From: Vicinamibacteria bacterium
GTDB taxonomy: Bacteria; Acidobacteriota; Vicinamibacteria; Marinacidobacterales; Marinacidobacteraceae
Direction: 5' to 3'
Assembly: GCA_963668695.2 (NCBI GenBank)
Contig: CAXXLQ010000004.1
Coordinates: 1,696,001 to 1,760,000 of the forward strand
Length of the DNA stretch: 64,000 bases
The notes below the pieces were generated by a model that saw nothing but the letters and a program-made list of their open reading frames with translations, was not told the DNA's origin and searched no databases. Made by a program: the position numbers and the translations under genes. Positions 29,560 to 38,301 of this stretch are shown in pieces (positions within the stretch are counted from its first letter, which is position 1; each line of letters begins with the position of its first letter).

Positions 29560-30039
29560 ATGAGGATCCCCGTCCACGCCGAGGAGCAACTGGCGGCGCT
29601 CCAGGCGATGCCGAAGCGGGTTATCAATCCTCGAGCAAAATGGACAGAGAAGCCCACCGTTGCGCCGGCGTACCGCCAGCGCTCCTTCAAGGCGCGTGCT
29701 GAATCTGACGAGAAGATCCGCTTCGAGATCTACCAACGCGAGCACCTTGAGGATGCGACTGATTTCTCATCCGGAATCGCAGCCATCCTTCGCGACGGAT
29801 CGCGGCTCATGCTCGCCCGTTACAACGGGTCCTCCCACGAACACGAGGACATTGCGTATGAGCCACACATCCACAGGGCGACCGAAAAAGCCATGACAGA
29901 GGGCAAGAAGCCGGAGTTCTATGCCGAGCCCACCGATCGGTACCGAACGGTGCATGGCGCATTGGCGTGCCTTCTAGACGACTTCGAAGTACCCCGTGAC
30001 CCGAACAGAATTCCGCATGACCAGAGGCCGTTGCTCTGA
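29560..30039 (+). CDS. Hypothetical protein, DUF6978-like
   Basis: FSSGI...LARYNGSSHEH...PHIH motifs; TGATG-coupled to the DUF1828 gene. Confidence 0.7.
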   Translation: MRIPVHAEEQLAALQAMPKRVINPRAKWTEKPTVAPAYRQRSFKARAESDEKIRFEIYQREHLEDATDFSSGIAAILRDGSRLMLARYNGSSHEHEDIAYEPHIHRATEKAMTEGKKPEFYAEPTDRYRTVHGALACLLDDFEVPRDPNRIPHDQRPLL

Positions 30040-30821
30040 TGTCCCTTGATCTCAACGCTATTCAGCGGCAGCTCTGCGAGAGACTGTGTGCCGATGTCCG
30101 CTTCGTGACGCGCCCTGATGGTGCGCTGATGCTCCGTACCGGCTTCGAGTTCCCGGACGGCGACCGGTTCCCCATCCATGTCAGGGAGCTCGCTTCCGGT
30201 GGACTACAACTGTCCGATCGCGGGCACACCCTAATGCACCTCAGCTACGACCACGATATTGACGCTTTCCTCAAGGGGACACGCGGGGCACTCCTCGACC
30301 AGATCGTGGTCGAAGCGAACCTGAATAGGGAAGGCGCCGTGTTGAGTGTGAATACTCCGATCGAGGGTCTGCCCGAAGCGATCTTCCGCTACGGCCAGAC
30401 CTTGACGCGCATCTACGACCTCAGCTTCCTCTCGCGGTCCGGAGTGCGATCCACGTTCTACGACGATCTCGCCGATGTCGTGACCGGGCTGATCACTGAC
30501 GACCGACTGCAGGCCGACTACATTCCGGAAGAGGTTCCGAATGCGGATGCATACCCCGTTGACTATCGGATCAAGGCAAACGGCGCACATCCGCTGTTCT
30601 TGTATGGAATTCCGAACCGCGACAAGGCACGGTTGACGACGATCATGCTGTCGCATTTCCATCGGCATCACCTGCAGTTTGAATCCCTTCTTGTTTTCCA
30701 CGACCAGGAAGAGATTCCCCGGCCAGACCTAGCGCGGCTCTCCGATGTTGGCGGCGAGATGATCTCTTCGCTCAACGCGCAGGACGATTTCGCACGCAAA
30801 CTCTTGCGGCGCGTCGGATAG
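30039..30821 (+). CDS. DUF1828 (plus DUF1829-like C-terminus) protein
   Basis: TGFEFPDGDRFPIHV...LSDRGHTLMHL; C-terminal YPVDYRI...LARLSDVG. Confidence 0.8.
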   Translation: MSLDLNAIQRQLCERLCADVRFVTRPDGALMLRTGFEFPDGDRFPIHVRELASGGLQLSDRGHTLMHLSYDHDIDAFLKGTRGALLDQIVVEANLNREGAVLSVNTPIEGLPEAIFRYGQTLTRIYDLSFLSRSGVRSTFYDDLADVVTGLITDDRLQADYIPEEVPNADAYPVDYRIKANGAHPLFLYGIPNRDKARLTTIMLSHFHRHHLQFESLLVFHDQEEIPRPDLARLSDVGGEMISSLNAQDDFARKLLRRVG

Positions 30822-31021
30822 CAACCATCGTCTAGATCAACGCTAGCAGGCCGAATCAGGTCCCCACCGCGATCCCGGTGCGGCGTCGCGTGAGATTCGG
30901 CGTGGTGAGGATCTAATCCGATCGGCGCAATTCCCGCCTCTCGAATCTTGGAACCCGGGTTCCGGTGTCTCCGGCGAGATCAGAAGACGGGGACGCACGA
31001 ATTTCTGGGCCGCGCCCAAGT

Positions 31022-31884
31022 ATGCTGCCGATGGCACAAAGAACCCTCCACATGCCTGCTAAGCAGACGATCACTTTCAAGAAGCCGACGTGGATCCTGG
31101 CCTGGCTGGATACCGCCCTGAAGAAGGAAAAGGAGAAATACGAGAGATGTCCGCCAAAGCCGGACATGGTTCCCGGGCATGAAGCGGCGCAGGGATGGGG
31201 GTACGTTGTCGCTGGCTATTCCCTGTTGGAAGCTGCGTTCAAGGCCATTCTCTTCTTGCGCGGCAAGCGAGTACCGACGAAGCATGCGCTGCTACCTCTA
31301 TTAACAGTGCTCGATCAGAATGACAAGGACATCCTCCGTGAGTTTATGCGGACTATCGAGGCAGCCTCGGAGGGCATATAGCTGCGTTTCCATTTGCGAC
31401 CCTAGACGACTTTCTTGCGAATCTAGATGGTGACGAGAACGCAAAGGGAGACCGCATCGGCTCGTTTGACTGGCGGTATTACCTCATCGAGGAAAAACGG
31501 AGCCAGAAGATGCCATTGGTGAGCGTCGACTATATGCATGAGATTGCCTATGGATGCATCCGCATAGTCGAGCACTTGACCTACGGTCGCTCCGAGCCGT
31601 CCAAATGCACTCATAGCTGGCGAATGCGATGGGAGCGCGAGAGGAAACTGCGAGAGTGGTTGATGGTTCGGATGAACTCCGAAGGTTGGCGCGATCTTGT
31701 CGACAGATTGGAAATCGTGTGGGGCCCGGACTACCGGGAGCGCTACGACCTGTGCGTATTCCGTGGCAAAGAGATGAAGGGCTGCTTCGCGGACATTCCA
31801 GAGGACTTCGGGCTGCCAATCATTGACAAGAGGCAAGAGTTCGCTACGTTCGATGCAAAGGAGGGACTCCGAAACATCGGGTGA
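31022..31884 (+). CDS. HEPN-like protein with a frameshift near 31343
   Basis: GYSLLEAAFKA...TKHALLPL. Restoring one T in GAGTTTATGCG gives EFYADYRG...LDDFLANLDG...SFDWRYYLIEE, which joins ORF 31510-31884. Confidence 0.6.
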
Positions 31885-32112
31885 CCGGTATTTCGGTCTC
31901 GGGTAAGCAGTTGTCGGCTCACGCCGATTACGCCAGACCTGGGCTTGGCGAATCCTGCGGGGGGCAGGGGGAGAGCGCTCTTCGCGCCTCTCGGCGCCGT
32001 TGCCGGCCGGAGGTCCCTCTCCAGTCGCGCTATCCGGGGGCGGAAAGGCGCCCTTCCGGACGTCAGCCCGGTTCCGAGACGCGGCGGCGCGCCATCCCCG
32101 GACCGCCGGCCC

Positions 32113-33459
32113 TTAGTTAGCCGCGTCGATCGCCTGGTAGATCAGTGCCCGGAACCTGGCGTGGTCGTCCAGGTTCCCGGCGGGGATCAGTTGCGCGAGG
32201 TACACGACGACCAGCTCCTCCTGCGGGTCGACCCAATAGCTCGAGTGATAGGCCCCTCCCCACCCGTATTCGCCGGCCGAGCCGAGCTCGCCGCGCGCGC
32301 CGAGGTCGTCCACGATCCGGAAGCCGAGCCCGAATCCGACGCCCGATTCCTCGCCGAAGAGGGCGCCGGTGTCGTTCACGTTCCTGACCAGCAGCCCGCC
32401 GAGGTGATCCACGGTCATGAGCTCGACGCTCTTCGGTGAAAGGATGCGCGCGTCGCCGAGCTTGCCGCCGTTCAGCATCATCTGCAGCAACCGCGCATAG
32501 TCGGCGGCCGTCGACAGGATGCCGGCGCCCCCGGAGAAGCTCACCCGCGGCCCGTCGAGATAGGCCCCCTGTCCCACCATGCCGCCGGGATCGGGAGCGC
32601 GGGTGAGGCCGCCGTCGCCGGCCGAATACACGACGGTCAGGCGATCCTGCTTTTCGGGCGGGAGATAGAAGTGGGTGTCCGCCATCCCGAGCGGTTCGAA
32701 GATGCGGGTCCGGAGAAACTCGTCGAGCGGGACTCCCGAGGCGACCTCGACGACCGCCCCCAGGATGTCGGTCGCGTAGCCGTAGACCCAGCGTTCGCCG
32801 GGCTGGGCGTCGAAGGGAAGCGAAGCCATGCGCCGCACCGTTTCGCGAATCGGCTCTTCCCGGTGGGCGAAGTACCAGCCGGTGATCTCCGCTTCGGCCC
32901 ATTCCTCGGTGGCCGGCCCCTGGCCGTAGCCGATCCCCGCGGTATGGGTGAGCAGGTGCCGGATGGTGATCGGCCGCCGCGCCGGCACGACGTCGTACGT
33001 CCCATCGGGGTTGGCGCTGGCGACTGTGGTCTCCCCGTATTCCGGGAGATGGCGGCCGACCGGATCCGAGATCAGCAGCCGTCCCTCCTCCTGCAGGATC
33101 ATGATGGCCACGCTCACGATCGCCTTGGTCTGGGAAGCGATCCGAAAGATGTCATCGGCTTCGAGTGGGTCGCCGGCTTCCCGGTCGCGGTAACCGAAGG
33201 CTTTGAGGTAGACGGTCTCCCCGCGACTGGCAACGAGCGCTACCGCGCCGGGAAGGGTCCCAGACTCGACATAGCTCTCGAGAGCGGCGTCGAGCCGGGC
33301 CAGCCGTTCCGGATCCAGTCCGGCTGAGCCGCTTGGGGGCGGTGCGACCGCGCACGAGCCCGCGACGCCGCCAGCGAGGACGGTGAGGATCCCACAGGTT
33401 ACGAGAGCCGAAAGCACTCCTCCGAGCCGCTTCGCGGGTTTGTCTCTGATGACTCTCAT
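32113..33459 (-). CDS. Serine hydrolase, beta-lactamase class C family
   Basis: FRIASQTK (SxxK), LLTHTAG, WVYG, YGWGG. Confidence 0.92.
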   Translation of the reverse strand: MRVIRDKPAKRLGGVLSALVTCGILTVLAGGVAGSCAVAPPPSGSAGLDPERLARLDAALESYVESGTLPGAVALVASRGETVYLKAFGYRDREAGDPLEADDIFRIASQTKAIVSVAIMILQEEGRLLISDPVGRHLPEYGETTVASANPDGTYDVVPARRPITIRHLLTHTAGIGYGQGPATEEWAEAEITGWYFAHREEPIRETVRRMASLPFDAQPGERWVYGYATDILGAVVEVASGVPLDEFLRTRIFEPLGMADTHFYLPPEKQDRLTVVYSAGDGGLTRAPDPGGMVGQGAYLDGPRVSFSGGAGILSTAADYARLLQMMLNGGKLGDARILSPKSVELMTVDHLGGLLVRNVNDTGALFGEESGVGFGLGFRIVDDLGARGELGSAGEYGWGGAYHSSYWVDPQEELVVVYLAQLIPAGNLDDHARFRALIYQAIDAAN

Positions 33460-33709
33460 GGCGTTCTCCCGAGTGGCCGGACCATCGCACCGCGGCGCCA
33501 GCTTGGCCGGTTCGCGGCGGCACGCGGCCGAACGCACCCGGCCGGGGAGGATACCCGGCGGATTTCGCCGCGCCCCGAGGGGAGGCGCGAGCGAGGAGGG
33601 TGTGCGATGGCAGGGATCCACAAGCTGAGCATCGAGCTGATGGACCTGATTGCGTTCTACCGCGAGCGCGGTTGAGCCGGCAGGGGTTCGAGGGGCGCTG
33701 ACACCCGGG

Positions 33710-33932
33710 TTAACAGCCTGTGGCAAAACCCACCCGGCCCAGTTCTCCCGGTGGGGGCTCGACGGGCGATCCATCCCGGCTGAACCGCCCCGCTTCGCGG
33801 TGCTCTGCGTTGCGCTTCGGTCGAAATACACTCGGGCCAGTTCTCCCGGTGGGGGCTCCTCCCTTGCGCGCCTTGTCAGCCCGGCGCCTCGCCCGTCTCG
33901 GCGCTCACGTGGGTTTCACCACAGGCTGTTAA
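33710..33932. mobile_element. Non-autonomous MITE with TTAA at both ends
   Basis: TTAACAGCCTGTGG...CCACAGGCTGTTAA; the right TTAA provides the stop codon of the XRE gene. Confidence 0.87.
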
Positions 33933-34261
33933 GCGCGGTTCGGAGCGTCTTCTACCGTCGCTGCATCCGAGCGTTCTACCAGTTCGATCCGGAGATCCTT
34001 GCCGAGGGCCGCGGCTGCGCGGCTCATGGAAAGAAGGGTTGCCGATCGGTTGTCGGGATTGAGGAGCCGGTCGAGCGCCGCGCGGCTGGTTCTCATCCGG
34101 GACGCCATTTCGGAGTTCGTAATGCCCTGTTGCTCGATGGCCTGTCGCATCTGAAACGCGAGGACTCGTTTGACGGCGGCGGCCCGCGTCTCAGCGAGGG
34201 CGCCATCCTCTTCAAGCAGTTCATCGAGGGAAGAGCCGATGTGTGGATTCGGGAGGGACAC
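33929..34261 (-). CDS. XRE-family HTH protein (antitoxin type), no adjacent toxin
   Basis: NPHIGSSLDELLEEDG...MASRMRTSRAALDRLLNP...TLLSM. Confidence 0.85.
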   Translation of the reverse strand: MSLPNPHIGSSLDELLEEDGALAETRAAAVKRVLAFQMRQAIEQQGITNSEMASRMRTSRAALDRLLNPDNRSATLLSMSRAAAALGKDLRIELVERSDAATVEDAPNRA

Positions 34262-34270
34262 TGACGAAGA

Positions 34271-34532
34271 GATGTATCATAAATGATACATCCCGCGAGG
34301 ATGGACATCTCTTGGGCCGGCGCACTCGGCCTCGCTGTAGTCAGTAGTAAAGGATTCCTTTACTACTGCCGCGGACGGGAAAAGGCATCTGACGCGCTTC
34401 TCCAAGCTCCGTCCATAGCGATTCAAGTTAGTACTAACTTGAACTCACTAAGGCCGATCTCTGCCGTCGCACGTCAAAGATGGAACTATCCAAGGAATCC
34501 AATATCACTTTATACGCGGTATTTTATAAAGT
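34271..34532. promoter_or_regulatory. Intergenic stack of four different AT-rich inverted repeats
   Basis: GATGTATCAT-AA-ATGATACATC (34271-34292); CAGTAGTAAAGGA-T-TCCTTTACTACTG (34342-34368); TTCAAGTTAGTACTAACTTGAA (34422-34443); ACTTTATA-N10-TATAAAGT (34507-34532). Confidence 0.75.
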
Positions 34533-34538
34533 ATACCT

Positions 34539-35693
34539 ATGGCCATGCCGCTGCTACGTTCGTTCTGGATCAACCGGATCGAGCGCGCCTGGGACTCCCG
34601 AAGCATCGTCTGGCTCTCAGGGGCGCGGCGCCTCGGGAAGACCGTGCTGAGCCGGCAGGTTCCGAATGCGCGTTACTTCAACTGCGACTTGCCCTCGGTG
34701 AGGGATCGCCTGGCGGATCCCGAGTCCTTCTTCGCCCACCTTCCGCCCGACTCCCGGATCGTGCTGGACGAGGTGCATCGAGCCGAGGATCCGGCCGGTC
34801 TGCTGAAGATCGCGGCGGACGCCTGGCCAAGCATTCGCGTGCTGGCCACCGGTTCCGCCACCCTTCACGCGAGCCGGCGGTTCAGTGACTCGCTCGTGGG
34901 GCGCAAGTGGCCGATCCGCTTCGCTCCGGTACTGTGGCGCGAGTCTCCGGACTGGACCGGCGCGGCGGATCTGGAGCGCCGACTTCTGAACGGAGGGTTC
35001 CCGGACCAACTGCTGCTCCCCGCGCCGGACCCACTCTGGTTCGAGGAGTGGATGGATAGTTTCTTCGCCCGGGACATCCTGCCGCTCTTTGACATCCGGG
35101 GCCGGGGCGGCTTCCTGCGCGTGGTTGCCGCGGTGTTCGTTCGGAACGCTGACCTGCTGGACATTTCGTCCGTCGCCCGGGACGCCGGGGTGAGCCGGCC
35201 GACTGCGGTCCACCACCTCGACATCCTCGACGGCTGCCAACTCACGGTGCGCGTGCCGCCTTTCCATGGCGGTGGACGCAGAGAACTCGTCCGCCGTCCC
35301 CGGGTGTATGCGCTGGATACCGGCCTGGTCTGTCATTTGCGCGGCTGGACGAGCCTCCGCCCGGCGGACCGCGGCCCTCTCTGGGAGAATCTGGTGCTGG
35401 ACGAACTACTGACGGCCATCCCGCAGAGTCGGATTCACTATTGGCGGGACGGGGCAGGCCACGAGGTGGATTTCGCCATCGTTGCGGGACGGGACCGGGT
35501 GGCCGCGGTGGAGGCGAAGATCTCCCCGGACGCCTTCAATCCCAAGGCGCTCGCGAGGTTTCGCCGGGCGTATCCCGATGGCGCGAACCTGCTCTGCTGT
35601 CCGTTTGTGGACGAGCCGATCCCGCGGCGACTGGGAGGATTCGAGGTCACCGTGTGCGCCCCGTCGCAGGTGGCTGAACTGATCCGGGCGTAG
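34539..35693 (+). CDS. AAA+ ATPase with DUF4143 domain
   Basis: GARRLGKT Walker A, VLDEVH Walker B, ATGS, LLNGGFP, YWRD...EVDF...VEAK. Confidence 0.92.
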   Translation: MAMPLLRSFWINRIERAWDSRSIVWLSGARRLGKTVLSRQVPNARYFNCDLPSVRDRLADPESFFAHLPPDSRIVLDEVHRAEDPAGLLKIAADAWPSIRVLATGSATLHASRRFSDSLVGRKWPIRFAPVLWRESPDWTGAADLERRLLNGGFPDQLLLPAPDPLWFEEWMDSFFARDILPLFDIRGRGGFLRVVAAVFVRNADLLDISSVARDAGVSRPTAVHHLDILDGCQLTVRVPPFHGGGRRELVRRPRVYALDTGLVCHLRGWTSLRPADRGPLWENLVLDELLTAIPQSRIHYWRDGAGHEVDFAIVAGRDRVAAVEAKISPDAFNPKALARFRRAYPDGANLLCCPFVDEPIPRRLGGFEVTVCAPSQVAELIRA

Positions 35694-35788
35694 AAGGCGT
35701 TGGTCCGCCGGCGGCAGGCGATGCCGGTGTGAGCACCGGCTCTGCAACGAGGCCGGGGCGTAAACCCCGCCTGCAGCGCGCCGGGGGT

Positions 35789-36313
35789 TCAGGGGGAGTC
35801 CTTCGCCTCGACTTCCCGGATGACGCTCATGAGGAGGCCCGGCCTGACGTGCAGGGAGGAGCGGTGCGGCACGTCAGCGGAGAATCCCGGCGATCTCCCG
35901 CCGCGACCGCTGACCGCGGCGGATGGCGCGCACCAGCAACCCGAGAGTCCCGTGGACGCGAATCCCGAGACTGCGGGCGGCAAGACGCGCGGCCGTGTCG
36001 TCCGTCAGCAGCATGGCGCCCGGCTGACCCATCGCGATCTGGATCGCAGCCGTTTCGCCGACATGCAATGCGAGCAGTCGGACAAGGGCACGGAGTTCGG
36101 CCGATGGAGGTGCACCGGGGGCAGCGGGTGCCAAGCGGTTTGCGGCCGGTCGAGGGCTTCCGGACGATGACGTTGAACTTCGCGCCGAACTGCGACCGGC
36201 ACGATCACCTCGGGAAAATCCCGCAGCAGGTCTAGACAGTCCAACTCATCCAGATGAATGATCGGACCGGCATCGCAGATGACCGGCCCGCGGGGCGGTT
36301 CAGCCGTCTCCAC
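35789..36313 (-). pseudogene. DUF3368-like PIN-domain toxin with two frameshifts (~36120 and ~35880)
   Basis: ICDAGPIIHL / LHVGETAAI...LLTDD...VHGTLGLL / DVPHRSSLHVRPGLL lie in three successive ORF segments. Confidence 0.72.
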
Positions 36314-36500
36314 GGAGTCCCCATCGGACGTCCTCCTTCATGAACGCTTCGGTCAGCTCGGAGGAATGGGACTCGAGAAAACGGCGAAGGGCTTCAGCGA
36401 GCAAGTCGTCCATGCCGCTCGCGCATCCTTCGGCGACGAACGCCTGAGCCTGGGCGGCGAGTTCGGCTGGCAACTCGGCCTCGATGCGGACTTTCTCCAT
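36300..36500 (-). CDS. CopG/RHH-like antitoxin partner
   Basis: 66 aa MEKVRIEAELP...LLAEALRRFLESH...EDVRWGL; overlaps the PIN gene. Confidence 0.75.
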   Translation of the reverse strand: MEKVRIEAELPAELAAQAQAFVAEGCASGMDDLLAEALRRFLESHSSELTEAFMKEDVRWGLRGDG

Positions 36501-36654
36501 ACGGCGAAAGTAGCGCGCCGTGCCTGGATGGGGCGAACGAAATAGGGCACAGCCGGGCACTCAAGGGATCGGGACCGGCCGCTTTCGACGGTGCGCGCTG
36601 GGTGCCGGGGCGAGCCGAAGTTCAGCCGGGTGCCGGTACTCTCGCGATTTGTGG

Positions 36655-36887
36655 GGTGGCCCTCACGCGGGCGGGGCGCAGCGCCATCGGCGCTGGTTTC
36701 GCGCTCCCGCGCGGTGCCGGGCCCCACCGGGAGAACTGCCCAGAGGTCGGCGTTCCAAGCCGTCCCCGCGCCTTTTCCTGGTCGGCGGTCCGCGGTTTCG
36801 CTGGCCTGCGGCCAGCGGTGCCGGTCTGAGAAGACCGGCGTTCCCTGCCCGGCGCGCCATCTGGACTGGCCGGGGTTTCCGCACCAC
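36655..36887 (-). repeat. Composite REP-like element (copy of 54470-54670), one hairpin interrupted by the 19-bp module
   Basis: Shares GCTGGTTTCGCGCTCCCGCGCG, CCAAGCCGTCCCCGCG and GAAGACCGGCGTTCCCTG with 54525-54670. Confidence 0.8.
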
Positions 36888-36954
36888 TCAGTACCCGAAC
36901 AGGTTGGGGAGGAACAACACCACGCCCGGCAGGAACCCGATGACCAGGGTGAGC
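36888..36954 (-). pseudogene. 3' remnant of dctM
   Basis: Encodes LTLVIGFLPGVVLFLPNLFGY*, matching the dctM end at 51551-51617. Confidence 0.85.
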
Positions 36955-36970
36955 TTCCGGGGGGACGCGG

Positions 36971-38173
36971 TCAGGTGACGAGTCGCCTGGGCAGCGTTGG
37001 ATTGAGGTGCATGATCAAGTCGTAGACGGACGCACCGGAAGCCGCGCTCGCGTCCTCGGGCCTCGAACCGTCCTGCCAGTCGAAATAGGTGGCGATGTCA
37101 CCCACCTGCACGGTCTTTTGCGGCCCGATCTCGATGATCGTGTGGCTTGAAGACACGCTCGCGATGATGGGGTACCGAGTTCCACCGATTCGTACCCAGC
37201 CACCTTTGGCCGCCGCCCTGGGCACACCGTCGACGTGACCAGCGGGGATGGTTGCTATCCAGACATCCCGATCGGCTTTGTAGGCCGCCTCGTACCCGGC
37301 GGTGTCACCCTTCTGCAGCTCTTTCACGAGTACCACTCGAGCCTTCAAGCTCATGGACGGCTGCAGATCGAGCAGGCCCATTTCGCGAAACCCCGGCATC
37401 GAGTACTGACCAAAGAGCGCCATGCCGGGCCGCACCACATCAAGGTACGCCGGTGGGTTGTCAAACAGGGCGAAGCTCGCAGCCGCGTGCCGCCGGCCCA
37501 TGGAAATTCCCCTCGCGGCCAGGGTTTCTTCGACCTCCCGGAATCGCTGCAACTGCAGCTTCTCGAATTCGGGATCCTCGTTCAGCGTGGTCATCGTAGC
37601 GACGAGGTTCACACCTTCTCGCCCGGCGAGATCGGCGATCAGCCCGGCCGCGTCCCGGTACGGAACGCCCACCCGGCCCATCCCGGTATCCACGCACACC
37701 TGCACCGGGATCGGCGACTGCCGCCTGGTTGCCAATCGGGCCAACGCGTCGCCCACCTCTGTGTAGACCATCGGCATGACGTCGCGCATCACCGCCGCCT
37801 CCAGGTCGGCGTCATCGAAAGGGCCCATCAGGAGAATCGGTTTGGTGATTCCGGCGTCGCGCAGCTCGATGGCCTCGTTCAGTCTTACGACCGCCATGCC
37901 GGTCACGCTGGCCTCTGACTCGAGAATCCGGGCCATGTTGATGAGGCCCATGCCATAGGCGTTGTTCTTGATGACCGCCAGGATGGGACGACCTGCTACG
38001 AGGCGGCTGACTTCCCTGACGTTGTGGCGAACGTGCTCGGGTCGAACCTCAACCCACGGGTCGAAACTGGAATACCGGGCGGCGGTCTGAGCCTCGGCGC
38101 GCGCGGCCGGGGCCCATCCGAGCGCCACGGGCGCCAGCGCCGACCGCAACGCCGTGCGTCGGGAAATTCTCAT
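36971..38173 (-). CDS. alr: Alanine racemase family protein with Tat signal
   Basis: AVIKNNAYG (PLP Lys), DTGMGRVG, VRPGMALFG, TAGY; leader MRISRRTAL...ARA. Confidence 0.88.
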   Translation of the reverse strand: MRISRRTALRSALAPVALGWAPAARAEAQTAARYSSFDPWVEVRPEHVRHNVREVSRLVAGRPILAVIKNNAYGMGLINMARILESEASVTGMAVVRLNEAIELRDAGITKPILLMGPFDDADLEAAVMRDVMPMVYTEVGDALARLATRRQSPIPVQVCVDTGMGRVGVPYRDAAGLIADLAGREGVNLVATMTTLNEDPEFEKLQLQRFREVEETLAARGISMGRRHAAASFALFDNPPAYLDVVRPGMALFGQYSMPGFREMGLLDLQPSMSLKARVVLVKELQKGDTAGYEAAYKADRDVWIATIPAGHVDGVPRAAAKGGWVRIGGTRYPIIASVSSSHTIIEIGPQKTVQVGDIATYFDWQDGSRPEDASAASGASVYDLIMHLNPTLPRRLVT

Positions 38174-38301
38174 GACCGCAACTCTAAGGACTTGCGGATG
38201 GACCAACCAGCACCCCGCGACTGGGGAGCATGGTGGAAGCCTTCGTAACCCGGCACCCGGATAATCCGCCCCACCGGATCGATGACTGGTGGACGTGACC
38301 A

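Noticed and set aside
34271-34532. dif/Xer or attC sites
   Set aside because: No 11-6-11 XerC/D consensus or RYYYAAC...GTTRRRY pattern, and no integrase.
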